Part shown: positions 19,553 to 27,166 of the stretch, piece by piece
Layout: every line of letters begins with the position of its first letter
Numbering within the stretch: position 1 is the first letter of the stretch
Origin: a virus
Virus genome (UHGV): UHGV-0038968
Reading direction: 5' to 3' (one strand)
DNA length: 32,947 bases
The notes under the pieces: model-generated
What the model was told of the DNA's origin: nothing
Database searches by the model: none
The model's input: only the letters and a program-made list of their open reading frames with translations
Position numbers and translations under genes: made by a program

Positions 19553-19828
19553 TCAGGTGTGGGTCCAAATGAATTTAACAATCCCAATAATGCTAGCCAG
19601 AACGCCAAAACCAAAAATAAATTGACCACATACCCCTATGATTCCCGATGCAATGGCACCGGCATTTGTCTGAGCATTTTCGTTTATGCTCGCCCCCACT
19701 AGATACATAATCAAACCAACTATGAGAGATGCGATAATCCAATGTTCCACTGCTAATACAATTACAATGCTCAAAATATCTGCTAAACCATCACTATGAC
19801 CACTCACTGCATATCCTTGCTTTGACAT
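19553..19828 (-). CDS. Small hydrophobic membrane protein (91 aa), unknown function
   Basis: Two to three predicted TM segments (ILSIVIVLAVEHWIIASLIVGLIMYLVGA, GIIGVCGQFIFGFGVLASIIGIV); visibly AT-rich. Confidence 0.55.
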   Translation of the reverse strand: MSKQGYAVSGHSDGLADILSIVIVLAVEHWIIASLIVGLIMYLVGASINENAQTNAGAIASGIIGVCGQFIFGFGVLASIIGIVKFIWTHT

Positions 19829-19894
19829 TTGAAAAATTCATCACTGGATTATAATTGTTTACACCCTTCATAGTCGTTCGAATATGATAAAAAA

Positions 19895-20431
19895 TCAATT
19901 GTGGGGGATAGCGTTATTTGACTCTCTCAACGAGTCGTAAATACGTTCACACGTCATCCCGGCGGTGTAGCGTTCGTCAGCGATTCCAGCATAACGTTTA
20001 GCTTCTGCTGCAATATCTCCGAGCATGTCGGCGAACATTCCGGCGTCGGCGTCGGTTGTTTTGCTTCGGACGGCAGCGGCAAGATCAGCGGTGTGCTTTG
20101 CGGCGTCCAGGCGTGCGGCAAGCTTTGTTGCTTCGGTACGCAACTGGCTAACAGTGGCAGACAGGCCAGCAGCAGTGGCAGCAGATTTAGCGGCTTGTGC
20201 TTGTGCATCTTTTACAGCCTCATCACGGGCAATTATGCGCCCTTGTTCAATCCAGCGTGCGGCAGTCTGCGCGTTCGCTTCCTGTGAAGATTCCATGCTA
20301 TTGTGGTCAGCCCACTTCTTTTGCCAGCCCCGCTCACTCCAGATGTTCCCGACAAGAAATGCACCAGCCAACATCAGCAAAACAATGATTGTTTTCCACC
20401 GCGCCTGAACAAAAGCAAAGACCGCTGTCAT
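19895..20431 (-). CDS. Rz-like i-spanin
   Basis: 178 aa; N-terminal TM ([14 protein letters not shown]) then Ala/Gln-rich coiled-coil-like region; follows the endolysin with 4-nt overlap. Confidence 0.7.
   Translation of the reverse strand: MTAVFAFVQARWKTIIVLLMLAGAFLVGNIWSERGWQKKWADHNSMESSQEANAQTAARWIEQGRIIARDEAVKDAQAQAAKSAATAAGLSATVSQLRTEATKLAARLDAAKHTADLAAAVRSKTTDADAGMFADMLGDIAAEAKRYAGIADERYTAGMTCERIYDSLRESNNAIPHN
19954..20208 (-). CDS. Rz1-like o-spanin lipoprotein, embedded in Rz in an alternative frame
   Basis: Signal-like stretch with lipobox LLASC followed by a Pro-rich mature region; true start may be an internal codon. Confidence 0.55.
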   Translation of the reverse strand: MHKHKPLNLLPLLLACLPLLASCVPKQQSLPHAWTPQSTPLILPLPSEAKQPTPTPECSPTCSEILQQKLNVMLESLTNATPPG

Positions 20432-21045
20432 ACCAGCAACGCCGCCCGCGCTTTGTTATAACGACTATTTCTGTCAGCCAGTCCATTCTGGCCACCGTTG
20501 ATGATCTGCGTTACACGGACAACATCACCTGAATACATCAGACAACCACGTAATGTGAAATACCATGCAGCAGAACGGGCTGCATGTTTCTCCTGTGTCA
20601 GCAACTCTGGTGTGCTGATCAGATCCAACTTCAGCGCCGCACCGCATTTGGCGTAGTTCTCGCGGCCGGTGATTTGAAGCAGGCCACGACCGCGATATTT
20701 CCAGCCGTCACCCTGGCTGTTATTCCCCATGCGGTCACCATAAACCAGATTGGCTATTTGCGGCTGGTGGGCTACCTGCTTACCATCGACACGCCCCAGC
20801 ATTTCACACTGATAAGGCGTCAGGCGTTTACTAAAGGTTTTCTTCAGCCCGTCTACCGAGTAGTTGAAGCTTTCCACCAGCGAGGTAAAACCAGCAGATT
20901 CATGCCCAACTTGTGCAATGAACATGGCCTGATCGTTAACTGCTGTGATTCCAAACTCTTTCATTGCAGCATCAATGTGCGGAAACCAGCGCGCAGCCAG
21001 CCCGGCGCTAATACCAGCCGCCTTTTGAAATAATTGTTGGTTCAT
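20428..21045 (-). CDS. Endolysin, glycoside hydrolase family 19 (chitinase-like lysozyme)
   Basis: 205 aa; resembles the GH19 endolysins annotated as putative chitinase in enterobacterial prophages; flanked by holin and Rz. Confidence 0.8.
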   Translation of the reverse strand: MNQQLFQKAAGISAGLAARWFPHIDAAMKEFGITAVNDQAMFIAQVGHESAGFTSLVESFNYSVDGLKKTFSKRLTPYQCEMLGRVDGKQVAHQPQIANLVYGDRMGNNSQGDGWKYRGRGLLQITGRENYAKCGAALKLDLISTPELLTQEKHAARSAAWYFTLRGCLMYSGDVVRVTQIINGGQNGLADRNSRYNKARAALLV

Positions 21046-21326
21046 TAGTGCCTCAGATGATCAACCAGACGTGCAACGTTGCCTCTGACGGCCACCAGCA
21101 CGGAAAGAAAAATAGTGTTCGCCACGATAATGGGCCATGAGGAATGGGGATAAATCCCACAGAGATAGGCCAACGGAACAGCACTGTATGTAACAGTAAT
21201 CAGCCAGGCTAAACGTGAAACCCAAGGACGATGCCGCGAATCACCACGACGATAAAACATCAGAGTAATAACAACACAAGCACATAACAGCGCATTTATA
21301 GTTGCTGTCGGGTCATTTAGCTCCAC
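21045..21326 (-). CDS. Holin or antiholin-like membrane protein
   Basis: 93 aa; two to three hydrophobic helices; between the first holin and the endolysin. Confidence 0.5.
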   Translation of the reverse strand: MELNDPTATINALLCACVVITLMFYRRGDSRHRPWVSRLAWLITVTYSAVPLAYLCGIYPHSSWPIIVANTIFLSVLVAVRGNVARLVDHLRH

Positions 21327-21699
21327 CTGAACCTCCCCGGCGCGTTATGAGCGCCACCAGCGAGCCGATATCCTGATTATTCAGGAACGTCAGGATTTTA
21401 ACGGCTAAAGCAGAGACGATTACGGCACCAATAGCATCCAGAGGTTTATCACTGTATCCGGTCAAGTTCGCCAGCTTGGAGCCAACCAACCCAGAGCAAA
21501 GAATCCCGGCAATATATGACACGATAAAATATGCCAGTCGGCGCGATGCACTCAGATCTGCAGCTGTTGCTATGTAGAATACAGCCCCTGCAAATGCGCC
21601 AAATACAACGCCGTAATCAGTTCCGGTCAGCAGTCCATAAACACTGGCACCCGTCAGGGCACCACCAGCCAGCCCAGTACCGGAAATCGGATCGGACAT
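21313..21699 (-). CDS. Putative holin
   Basis: 128 aa; Gly/Ala-rich TM helices, basic C-terminal tail (RRGGSGGAK); first gene of the lysis cassette. Confidence 0.6.
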   Translation of the reverse strand: MSDPISGTGLAGGALTGASVYGLLTGTDYGVVFGAFAGAVFYIATAADLSASRRLAYFIVSYIAGILCSGLVGSKLANLTGYSDKPLDAIGAVIVSALAVKILTFLNNQDIGSLVALITRRGGSGGAK

Positions 21700-21745
21700 T
21701 TAGCCCCCTCTTAATTGCTGTTGGTCCTCTCAGAACGAGGGGAAA

Positions 21746-21770
21746 CAAAAAAGGCCGCATTAAGGCGGCC
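21746..21770 (-). terminator. Intrinsic terminator between the Q-lysis moron and the holin
   Basis: Minus strand GGCCGC-CTTAAT-GCGGCC then TTTTTT. Confidence 0.6.
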
Positions 21771-21789
21771 TTGGTAAGGTATAGTTTTT

Positions 21790-22386
21790 TTAAGATAAAC
21801 TTTGATTGATATACTCATGACACCCAAAAATAAAGGCGTTTTGTGCATCAATAAATGACTTTTTTTCTTCCGGAGTAAAATACCCTTTTGTAAAACATAC
21901 TTTTAGCGCTTTTTGAAGATCTGCCGTCAGGGTTATCAACTTACAACCTTCCTCATCAGGCCTTATTAATAGAAGTAATTTATTTTTACTTATTTCAGCG
22001 GCCTTTATTGGAACTTGAATCTCCTCAGGGAAAACACCCTTAGCCAATATATCCATATTCTTATTTCCGACCAGATGCCATTGCTCAAATGTGCTGGCCA
22101 ACATAATTACGTCTGTCACATGCTCAGCGCCAGCAAAACGTATTTGTTGCGCCAATTCTTTATTAGTATTCAAGTGAGCCTGTAATGTGGCTAAGGCAAA
22201 ATTTTCTTTGATTGCCCTGTATGCAACCCAACCAGTTATTCCTGCGGCAATAACGCCTGCAAGAGCAGTAATGAGTGTTTCAAAAGGAAAGGAAGAACTG
22301 ATTTCAATTGGCGGTAATTTTTCTATTACCAAGGTCAACTCGCCAGTAGTTTTTTCGAAAGCGTACGGTACGTTTTGCCAAGTCAT
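21790..22386 (-). CDS. Hypothetical single-pass membrane protein (moron between Q and lysis genes)
   Basis: 198 aa; one TM helix (ITALAGVIAAGITGWVAYRAI) after a ~35-aa N-terminal segment; AGGAGG 6 nt upstream of the ATG; visibly AT-rich; no family recognised. Confidence 0.65.
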   Translation of the reverse strand: MTWQNVPYAFEKTTGELTLVIEKLPPIEISSSFPFETLITALAGVIAAGITGWVAYRAIKENFALATLQAHLNTNKELAQQIRFAGAEHVTDVIMLASTFEQWHLVGNKNMDILAKGVFPEEIQVPIKAAEISKNKLLLLIRPDEEGCKLITLTADLQKALKVCFTKGYFTPEEKKSFIDAQNAFIFGCHEYINQSLS

Positions 22387-22416
22387 GAAGCCTCCTGAGT
22401 TTCAGAGGAATCATAA

Positions 22417-22441
22417 CAAAAAAACCCGCTCAATGGCGGGC
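22417..22441 (-). terminator. Intrinsic terminator immediately downstream of Q (tR'-like)
   Basis: Minus strand CCCGC-CATTGA-GCGGG then TTTTTTT. Confidence 0.6.
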
Positions 22442-22492
22442 TCTTAATGTTGTGTTGCTCAGTTCGCTTTAACGTCCCGAGCCTACCACAAT

Positions 22493-23071
22493 TTAAGCAC
22501 TTTCTTGCTCACTCTGCAACTTAAATCTGTCGCTATTTGTGCCGAATGCGTCACAAACTGGAGCGTACAGGATCGATTCTGCAAGACTTAGCCAAGTGTC
22601 AATGCGTCGACGACAGGTGATCAGCGGCCAGTCAGGATGTTTAGCCTGCAGTTCATTGGCCATCTGCAACTTGCTCTTACGAAGACGATACCGGTCAACA
22701 ATCACGCTATAGAGCGATCGGTAGTCATCATTCATCAGTACTGAAGCAATGACACCGTCCACTAACAACCCTTCTTCATCTGAACAGAACGCCAGGCCGC
22801 TTTTATTTTTGCTGTTGAGAATTTCACGCAGGTACGCTTCAAGTTCAGGCTTGGTGATACCCGCTATCTTCATCCGGCGTAGCGCTTCATTGATAGCTGT
22901 CTTGGTGATTTTCCCGGATGCCAGAAGCTGGTTAAACATGTTTCCACCACTACCACCGCCGATATAAGACCAGCGGCCCCACATGCGCAACTTGCCTTGT
23001 ATCCAGATACTTTCCAGAGTACGAAGGCGAACCATTTCACCTGATTTGCCAACTTCAGAAGGATTAATCAT
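22493..23071 (-). CDS. Late-gene antiterminator Q-like protein
   Basis: 192 aa; position directly upstream of a short terminated leader and the lysis cassette; translation resembles lambdoid Q family proteins. Confidence 0.7.
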   Translation of the reverse strand: MINPSEVGKSGEMVRLRTLESIWIQGKLRMWGRWSYIGGGSGGNMFNQLLASGKITKTAINEALRRMKIAGITKPELEAYLREILNSKNKSGLAFCSDEEGLLVDGVIASVLMNDDYRSLYSVIVDRYRLRKSKLQMANELQAKHPDWPLITCRRRIDTWLSLAESILYAPVCDAFGTNSDRFKLQSEQESA

Positions 23072-23085
23072 TTAGCATTCTCCAC

Positions 23086-24081
23086 TTACGCCAGTACGCC
23101 TATTGCCAGCGCACGATCGATAAAACGAAATATCAGCTCCAGCTGGGATCCATACTTCTCTTCAAATGCCACGGTATCCGCATGCAGCTCGTCGTGATGC
23201 TTTCTGCACAAAGGCAACACAAAGAGGTCATGCGCTTTTGTACCCATTCCACCCTGACCGTGGCCTATCAGGTGGTGGGGATCATCAGCAGGCTTTCCAC
23301 AACATGCACACGGCTGTGTCTTAACCCAGCGCGTGTACTTTTCATTAACCCAGCGGCGACGTTTCGGGCGTAACATAAAAGACTCCGGCGACTCCGGATC
23401 CACTTTCAGCGCCAGCACCTTTTTCGCTTTATCCTGGATGATGCTGGTGGCAGGAACCAAAGGCACAAGGTCACTTTCCCGGGTGACAGACGGCACAACA
23501 GGCTTCGGTAATCTCAGAGCCTTACGGGCTGCACTTTCCGGTAAGGCATCCGCCAGGTCATTACGAACCAGCCACCAGCACAGTTCCGGCATTGTCATAA
23601 CGTGACTATCATCAAAACCGAGATCCCGACGCACGACAGACAACACCCAGCGAGCACAGTTATCCGTTGCCATTGATTCCAGCCGTTCCGTGAACTGATC
23701 GCGCAGCTGGTTATCGCAGTGCCAGCACAGACGGATTGCGCCCGGAGCGTGTCGCATTGTGGTCATGTTCTCGCTGTGCCAGTCGGAATGAGGCCACTGG
23801 CAGCCTTTTTCACGAAGTAACCAGCTTTCAAGACATTCCACGCCACCAGCACGACGGATCACTGCCTCATTGCGGAACACGGCCCGAACGGCAGGATCAT
23901 CCGCCAGCGGTTGTGATGCAGCCGGAACGGCACCACTGGCGAAAGATGAATAACGTTCCGGCTCAGGCTCCAGCAGGACACGCCCCTGCATAAACAGGGG
24001 CATCAGCTCTGAACCTGGCCTGAACAATACGATCCCCATACGCGGGGCAATTTCAGGGGTCAGTAGTGCTCTCACGGTCAC
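23086..24081 (-). CDS. DUF968 (YdfU-like) protein with C-terminal Cys/His motif
   Basis: 331 aa; C-terminal CACCGK...HHLIGHG...CRKHH; DUF968 genes precede Q in other lambdoid prophages. Confidence 0.6.
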   Translation of the reverse strand: MTVRALLTPEIAPRMGIVLFRPGSELMPLFMQGRVLLEPEPERYSSFASGAVPAASQPLADDPAVRAVFRNEAVIRRAGGVECLESWLLREKGCQWPHSDWHSENMTTMRHAPGAIRLCWHCDNQLRDQFTERLESMATDNCARWVLSVVRRDLGFDDSHVMTMPELCWWLVRNDLADALPESAARKALRLPKPVVPSVTRESDLVPLVPATSIIQDKAKKVLALKVDPESPESFMLRPKRRRWVNEKYTRWVKTQPCACCGKPADDPHHLIGHGQGGMGTKAHDLFVLPLCRKHHDELHADTVAFEEKYGSQLELIFRFIDRALAIGVLA

Positions 24082-24082
24082 C

Positions 24083-24925
24083 TCAATGAACGGTATCGAG
24101 CAGCTTTAACAGCTCAGGGAATCGGGATTCGAAGAAGTGCGGCTGCGTCTCGCGCGGATTTGCGGGACTGGTGATGTTCTTGCCGAACATGCAGCCTTTC
24201 GCTGTCAGCGACCAGAATTTTTTGATGTTGTTAATCGCGGTACGGCTGTATCGTTCGCGTTGTTCAACGATCCCCAGCTTCGCCATCTGGTGATATGCCT
24301 GATTAGCCGTCAGGCGGATACCATACTGTTTCAGCAGTGCACTCAGCGACAGCGTAGGGCGACTTGAGCCATCAGGCGCGTCAGCAGGAGCATCAATGGC
24401 ATAGCGTGGTGCCAGATTCGGTAAGCCAACAGCCTCCTGGAGTTTCTGACAGGCCCCAAGCACAGATGAGTTAGACAGGTTTAACTCCCGGCGCATAAAG
24501 TCCAGCAGAATCACGCCAGCCTGCATCTTGTCAGCAGCCTGTCCGGATAATTTTTCAGGTGCGCTGGTTACCATATCGAAAGTACGGATCACCTTCAGAT
24601 GGAATGACGGGCTGATCCACATTGCATAGGCATACACCAGTTCTTTGCAGACATACGTTCCCCGTTCATTTCCCCCATGAATCACACTCACCGGGTCAAC
24701 ACCCAAATTCTGGGTGTTGGTCAATTCATGAACAAGTTCAACAGTTTGTTGGCTGGAAAGAAACTTTCCTGGCTCCTTGGTTCTGGCATTTGCACCAGAT
24801 GCTACTGCTGCGCGATGCAGATCGTTCAGGCTGTAACGTCCATAAGCATCACGACGAACTTCAATACCATCAATGACCATCAGATTATTCATACTTCGTT
24901 TCTCCTCTTGATCAGGCGGCTGCAC
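24083..24925 (-). CDS. KilA-N domain protein (antirepressor-like)
   Basis: 280 aa; N-terminal KilA-N-like region (MNNLMVIDGIEVRRDAYGRYSLNDLHRAA...SPSFHLKVIRTFD); likely true start at internal Met near 24892. Confidence 0.65.
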   Translation of the reverse strand: MQPPDQEEKRSMNNLMVIDGIEVRRDAYGRYSLNDLHRAAVASGANARTKEPGKFLSSQQTVELVHELTNTQNLGVDPVSVIHGGNERGTYVCKELVYAYAMWISPSFHLKVIRTFDMVTSAPEKLSGQAADKMQAGVILLDFMRRELNLSNSSVLGACQKLQEAVGLPNLAPRYAIDAPADAPDGSSRPTLSLSALLKQYGIRLTANQAYHQMAKLGIVEQRERYSRTAINNIKKFWSLTAKGCMFGKNITSPANPRETQPHFFESRFPELLKLLDTVH

Positions 24926-25301
24926 CCGCCGTTTTCTCGTACTTACTGATAGTGATCTCGACCTTCCCTTCCGGGATAACCGGTCCCCACTCCACCAGCA
25001 TTCTTTTCACCTGACTGTCGTCTTCCCACACACCCGCGTGGGTCAGGGCGTCAAACAGCGCCTTGTTATAGTTGTCCAGATCGCGGATCCGGTTATCCGG
25101 AGGAAACAACACGATCTCCACTGAAGCAGGTGCCGACGTTGGTTTTGGCAGACGACGTAACTGCTCAACTATTGCTGCACACGCCGCGCTCTGGAATTTG
25201 CGCCCCGCCGCGCTTATCAGGCTCTTACCTGCAAACGCCCCTTGGTTGGGGTGTCGCCAGTACGTGTTCACGCTGGGCGGAAAAGGCAGTATTAGCTTCA
25301 T
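24912..25301 (-). CDS. rusA: Holliday junction resolvase RusA
   Basis: 129 aa; N-terminus MKLILPFPPSVNTYWRH characteristic of RusA. Confidence 0.85.
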   Translation of the reverse strand: MKLILPFPPSVNTYWRHPNQGAFAGKSLISAAGRKFQSAACAAIVEQLRRLPKPTSAPASVEIVLFPPDNRIRDLDNYNKALFDALTHAGVWEDDSQVKRMLVEWGPVIPEGKVEITISKYEKTAGAAA

Positions 25302-25624
25302 ACTTTCAGCTCCCTCTCATGTAACCAGTGGGCTGCACGCAGCCTGGCGTTTTCCTCACCGGCAAGCAGTGAGCGGATAATCCCGACCGCCTCGCTGTCG
25401 TCGTCCTTCACCGCGGTATGAAGCGTTATCCCCCGGGCCACGCCACGCTTTATCGTGATGACGCCTTTTTTCTCCAGTGCGCGAAGATGCTCCACCGCTG
25501 CATTCACTGAACGGTATCCCAGCATGGTTGCCACCTCCTGATTGGTTGGCGGAAAGCCACGCTCTTTCTGGTAAGAAATCAGCATATCCAGCACCTGCTG
25601 CTGGCATTGAGTTAACGTCGTCAT
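25298..25624 (-). CDS. LexA-like winged-helix DNA-binding protein lacking the peptidase domain
   Basis: Strong resemblance to the LexA N-terminal domain (QQQVLDMLISYQKERGFPPTNQEVATMLGYRSVNAAVEHLRALEKKGVI); start chosen at MTTLTQ where ATG overlaps the upstream stop (TAATG). Confidence 0.7.
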   Translation of the reverse strand: MTTLTQCQQQVLDMLISYQKERGFPPTNQEVATMLGYRSVNAAVEHLRALEKKGVITIKRGVARGITLHTAVKDDDSEAVGIIRSLLAGEENARLRAAHWLHERELKV

Positions 25625-26118
25625 TACGCCCCCACGTAATTCCCTGACAGATACCACTCATCACTCGATACAGCGCGCTTGCTGCTTTTCCGTAAACACT
25701 GCTCACGACGCGCCAGAAAATTGTTTCGTTCTGGCTGGGAGTGGCTTTCACGGAATGCCACCATCCACACCGTTGCAGCACGACGGTATAAGCCCCTGGA
25801 CTCCAGTTCTTCCGCCTGGCGGGTCAGGCACAAAATCTCCCGCGGGTCGTTAGTGCCGACATAGAAATTGCGCACAGGTCTGGTTTCACGAACTGGTTGC
25901 GGTTCCGCCTCCTGCGCTCTCTCAGTCAGGCGCGGGAAATGTCTGCGTGTATCCCCTTCACAACGGTGAGCCACACGACCACTCTGACGTAACTTGCTTG
26001 CTGACTGAAGAACGCGCTGCCGTGAGTAACCTGCAAAAGCATCCGCAATGTCTCCGGAAGTACACCCCGGATGGGCTTCAATGAATTTCTGAACGTCATT
26101 CAAAAGACTCATGATCAC
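25624..26118 (-). CDS. PerC-like regulatory protein (putative)
   Basis: 164 aa; C-terminal LESRGLYRRAATVW matches the PerC/Pch-type motif as I recall it; N-terminal half looks winged-helix-like. Confidence 0.45.
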   Translation of the reverse strand: MIMSLLNDVQKFIEAHPGCTSGDIADAFAGYSRQRVLQSASKLRQSGRVAHRCEGDTRRHFPRLTERAQEAEPQPVRETRPVRNFYVGTNDPREILCLTRQAEELESRGLYRRAATVWMVAFRESHSQPERNNFLARREQCLRKSSKRAVSSDEWYLSGNYVGA

Positions 26119-26933
26119 CCCCTGAATCCTGCCGGGATCTGGCTGTAGTCCACGTTGTCGTAACTGGCTTTGAAGTACGGGTCCTCGCGTCTGGCTGCAG
26201 ATACCGCAGGAACTTCCCAGGATTCTTCGAAATGACGATCCGGACCAAAGAACGTGACAGCCTGTTTCACAAATTGTGTGCCGCTGTTACCCATCGCAGA
26301 TACCCAGCCCGCGTAGCGTTTCACACCTTCCAGCATGGTTTCGGGTTTTACCCCCTCATTCAAACGAGCTTTCCAGGCTTTGAGGGCTGCAGATTTTGAA
26401 TTGCCACCAGCACGTTTGGGGTATGCCAGCCATGCCTGCTCAAACTCCGGAGAGTATTCCGGTCGGTTTGAACGAACTCGCACGGACTCATCAGCAGATG
26501 CACCAACAGCTATTGGTTCATTGACTGGTTCTTTGACTGGTTCAAAAGAGTGACTGGTTCTGGGTGAATCTCCTGCACCACCCCCTGGTGCAACTCCTGC
26601 ACTACCTGGTGAATTTGCTGCACTAGATAGTGAATTATTTGCACTACCCCCTAGTGAATCTCCTGCACCATCAAGATGAAGGAGATAGATATTACTTGAG
26701 TTACCTTTTTCACCTTTCCGGGTGACTTTTTTTACCAGCCCGGAATCACAAAGGGCCGCAATATGATTCATCACAGAACGTTTGCTAATCTCGCACTGGT
26801 CAGCAATATGCTGGTAGCTGGGCCAGCACTCACCCTGATCGCTGGCATTATCAGCCAGCTTGATCAGAACCAGTTTTCGCAATGGATTACCCACTCGAAT
26901 TTTCATCGCTTTAACCATCAGCTCCATACTCAT
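26115..26933 (-). CDS. Replication initiator / replisome organiser (lambda O-like, N-terminal HTH)
   Basis: 272 aa; N-terminal HTH (LRKLVLIKLADNASDQGECWPSYQHIADQCEISKRSVMNHIAALCDSGLV); low-complexity central region encoded by iteron-like repeats. Confidence 0.7.
   Translation of the reverse strand: MSMELMVKAMKIRVGNPLRKLVLIKLADNASDQGECWPSYQHIADQCEISKRSVMNHIAALCDSGLVKKVTRKGEKGNSSNIYLLHLDGAGDSLGGSANNSLSSAANSPGSAGVAPGGGAGDSPRTSHSFEPVKEPVNEPIAVGASADESVRVRSNRPEYSPEFEQAWLAYPKRAGGNSKSAALKAWKARLNEGVKPETMLEGVKRYAGWVSAMGNSGTQFVKQAVTFFGPDRHFEESWEVPAVSAARREDPYFKASYDNVDYSQIPAGFRG
26564..26671. repeat. Five ~18-bp direct repeats (iteron-like) inside the replication initiator gene
   Basis: GGTGAATCTCCTGCACCA, GGTGCAACTCCTGCACTA, GGTGAATTTGCTGCACTA, AGTGAATTATTTGCACTA, AGTGAATCTCCTGCACCA at 26564, 26588, 26609, 26630, 26654 (spacing 24/21/21/24). 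Confidence 0.6.
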
Positions 26934-27166
26934 GCTGCACCTCCGAGATGCTTCATGTTTTTTCCGGAGCGAAAGGCAATAAGCGGCATACTGACGCGGT
27001 AATTGCGGCCCAGCGGTTCACAAATCACCTTCTGACATTCACAGTCAACCAGGCTGACACGTAGAACATGCCCTGCTGGCGTGGTGTACCACTGCCCAAC
27101 TGTGGGTGTTGATATTTTTTTACGCTGAAATAAACGGTAAATGTTGAGGAGCAACGGATTAAGCAT
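26930..27166 (-). CDS. Small hypothetical protein (78 aa, Cys-containing)
   Basis: Overlaps both neighbours by a few nt in an operon-like arrangement; no family recognised. Confidence 0.4.
   Translation of the reverse strand: MLNPLLLNIYRLFQRKKISTPTVGQWYTTPAGHVLRVSLVDCECQKVICEPLGRNYRVSMPLIAFRSGKNMKHLGGAA

Noticed and set aside
21790-22386. Shiga-toxin-like or other AB5 toxin cargo at the Q-lysis slot
   Set aside because: Single ORF with an internal TM helix rather than an A/B subunit pair with cleavable signal peptides; no resemblance to Stx recognised
26564-26671. Regularly spaced direct repeats that could be mistaken for a CRISPR array
   Set aside because: Only five ~18-bp repeats with 3-6-bp gaps, inside a protein-coding gene and in frame with a low-complexity linker; no spacer-like unique sequences; fits origin iterons
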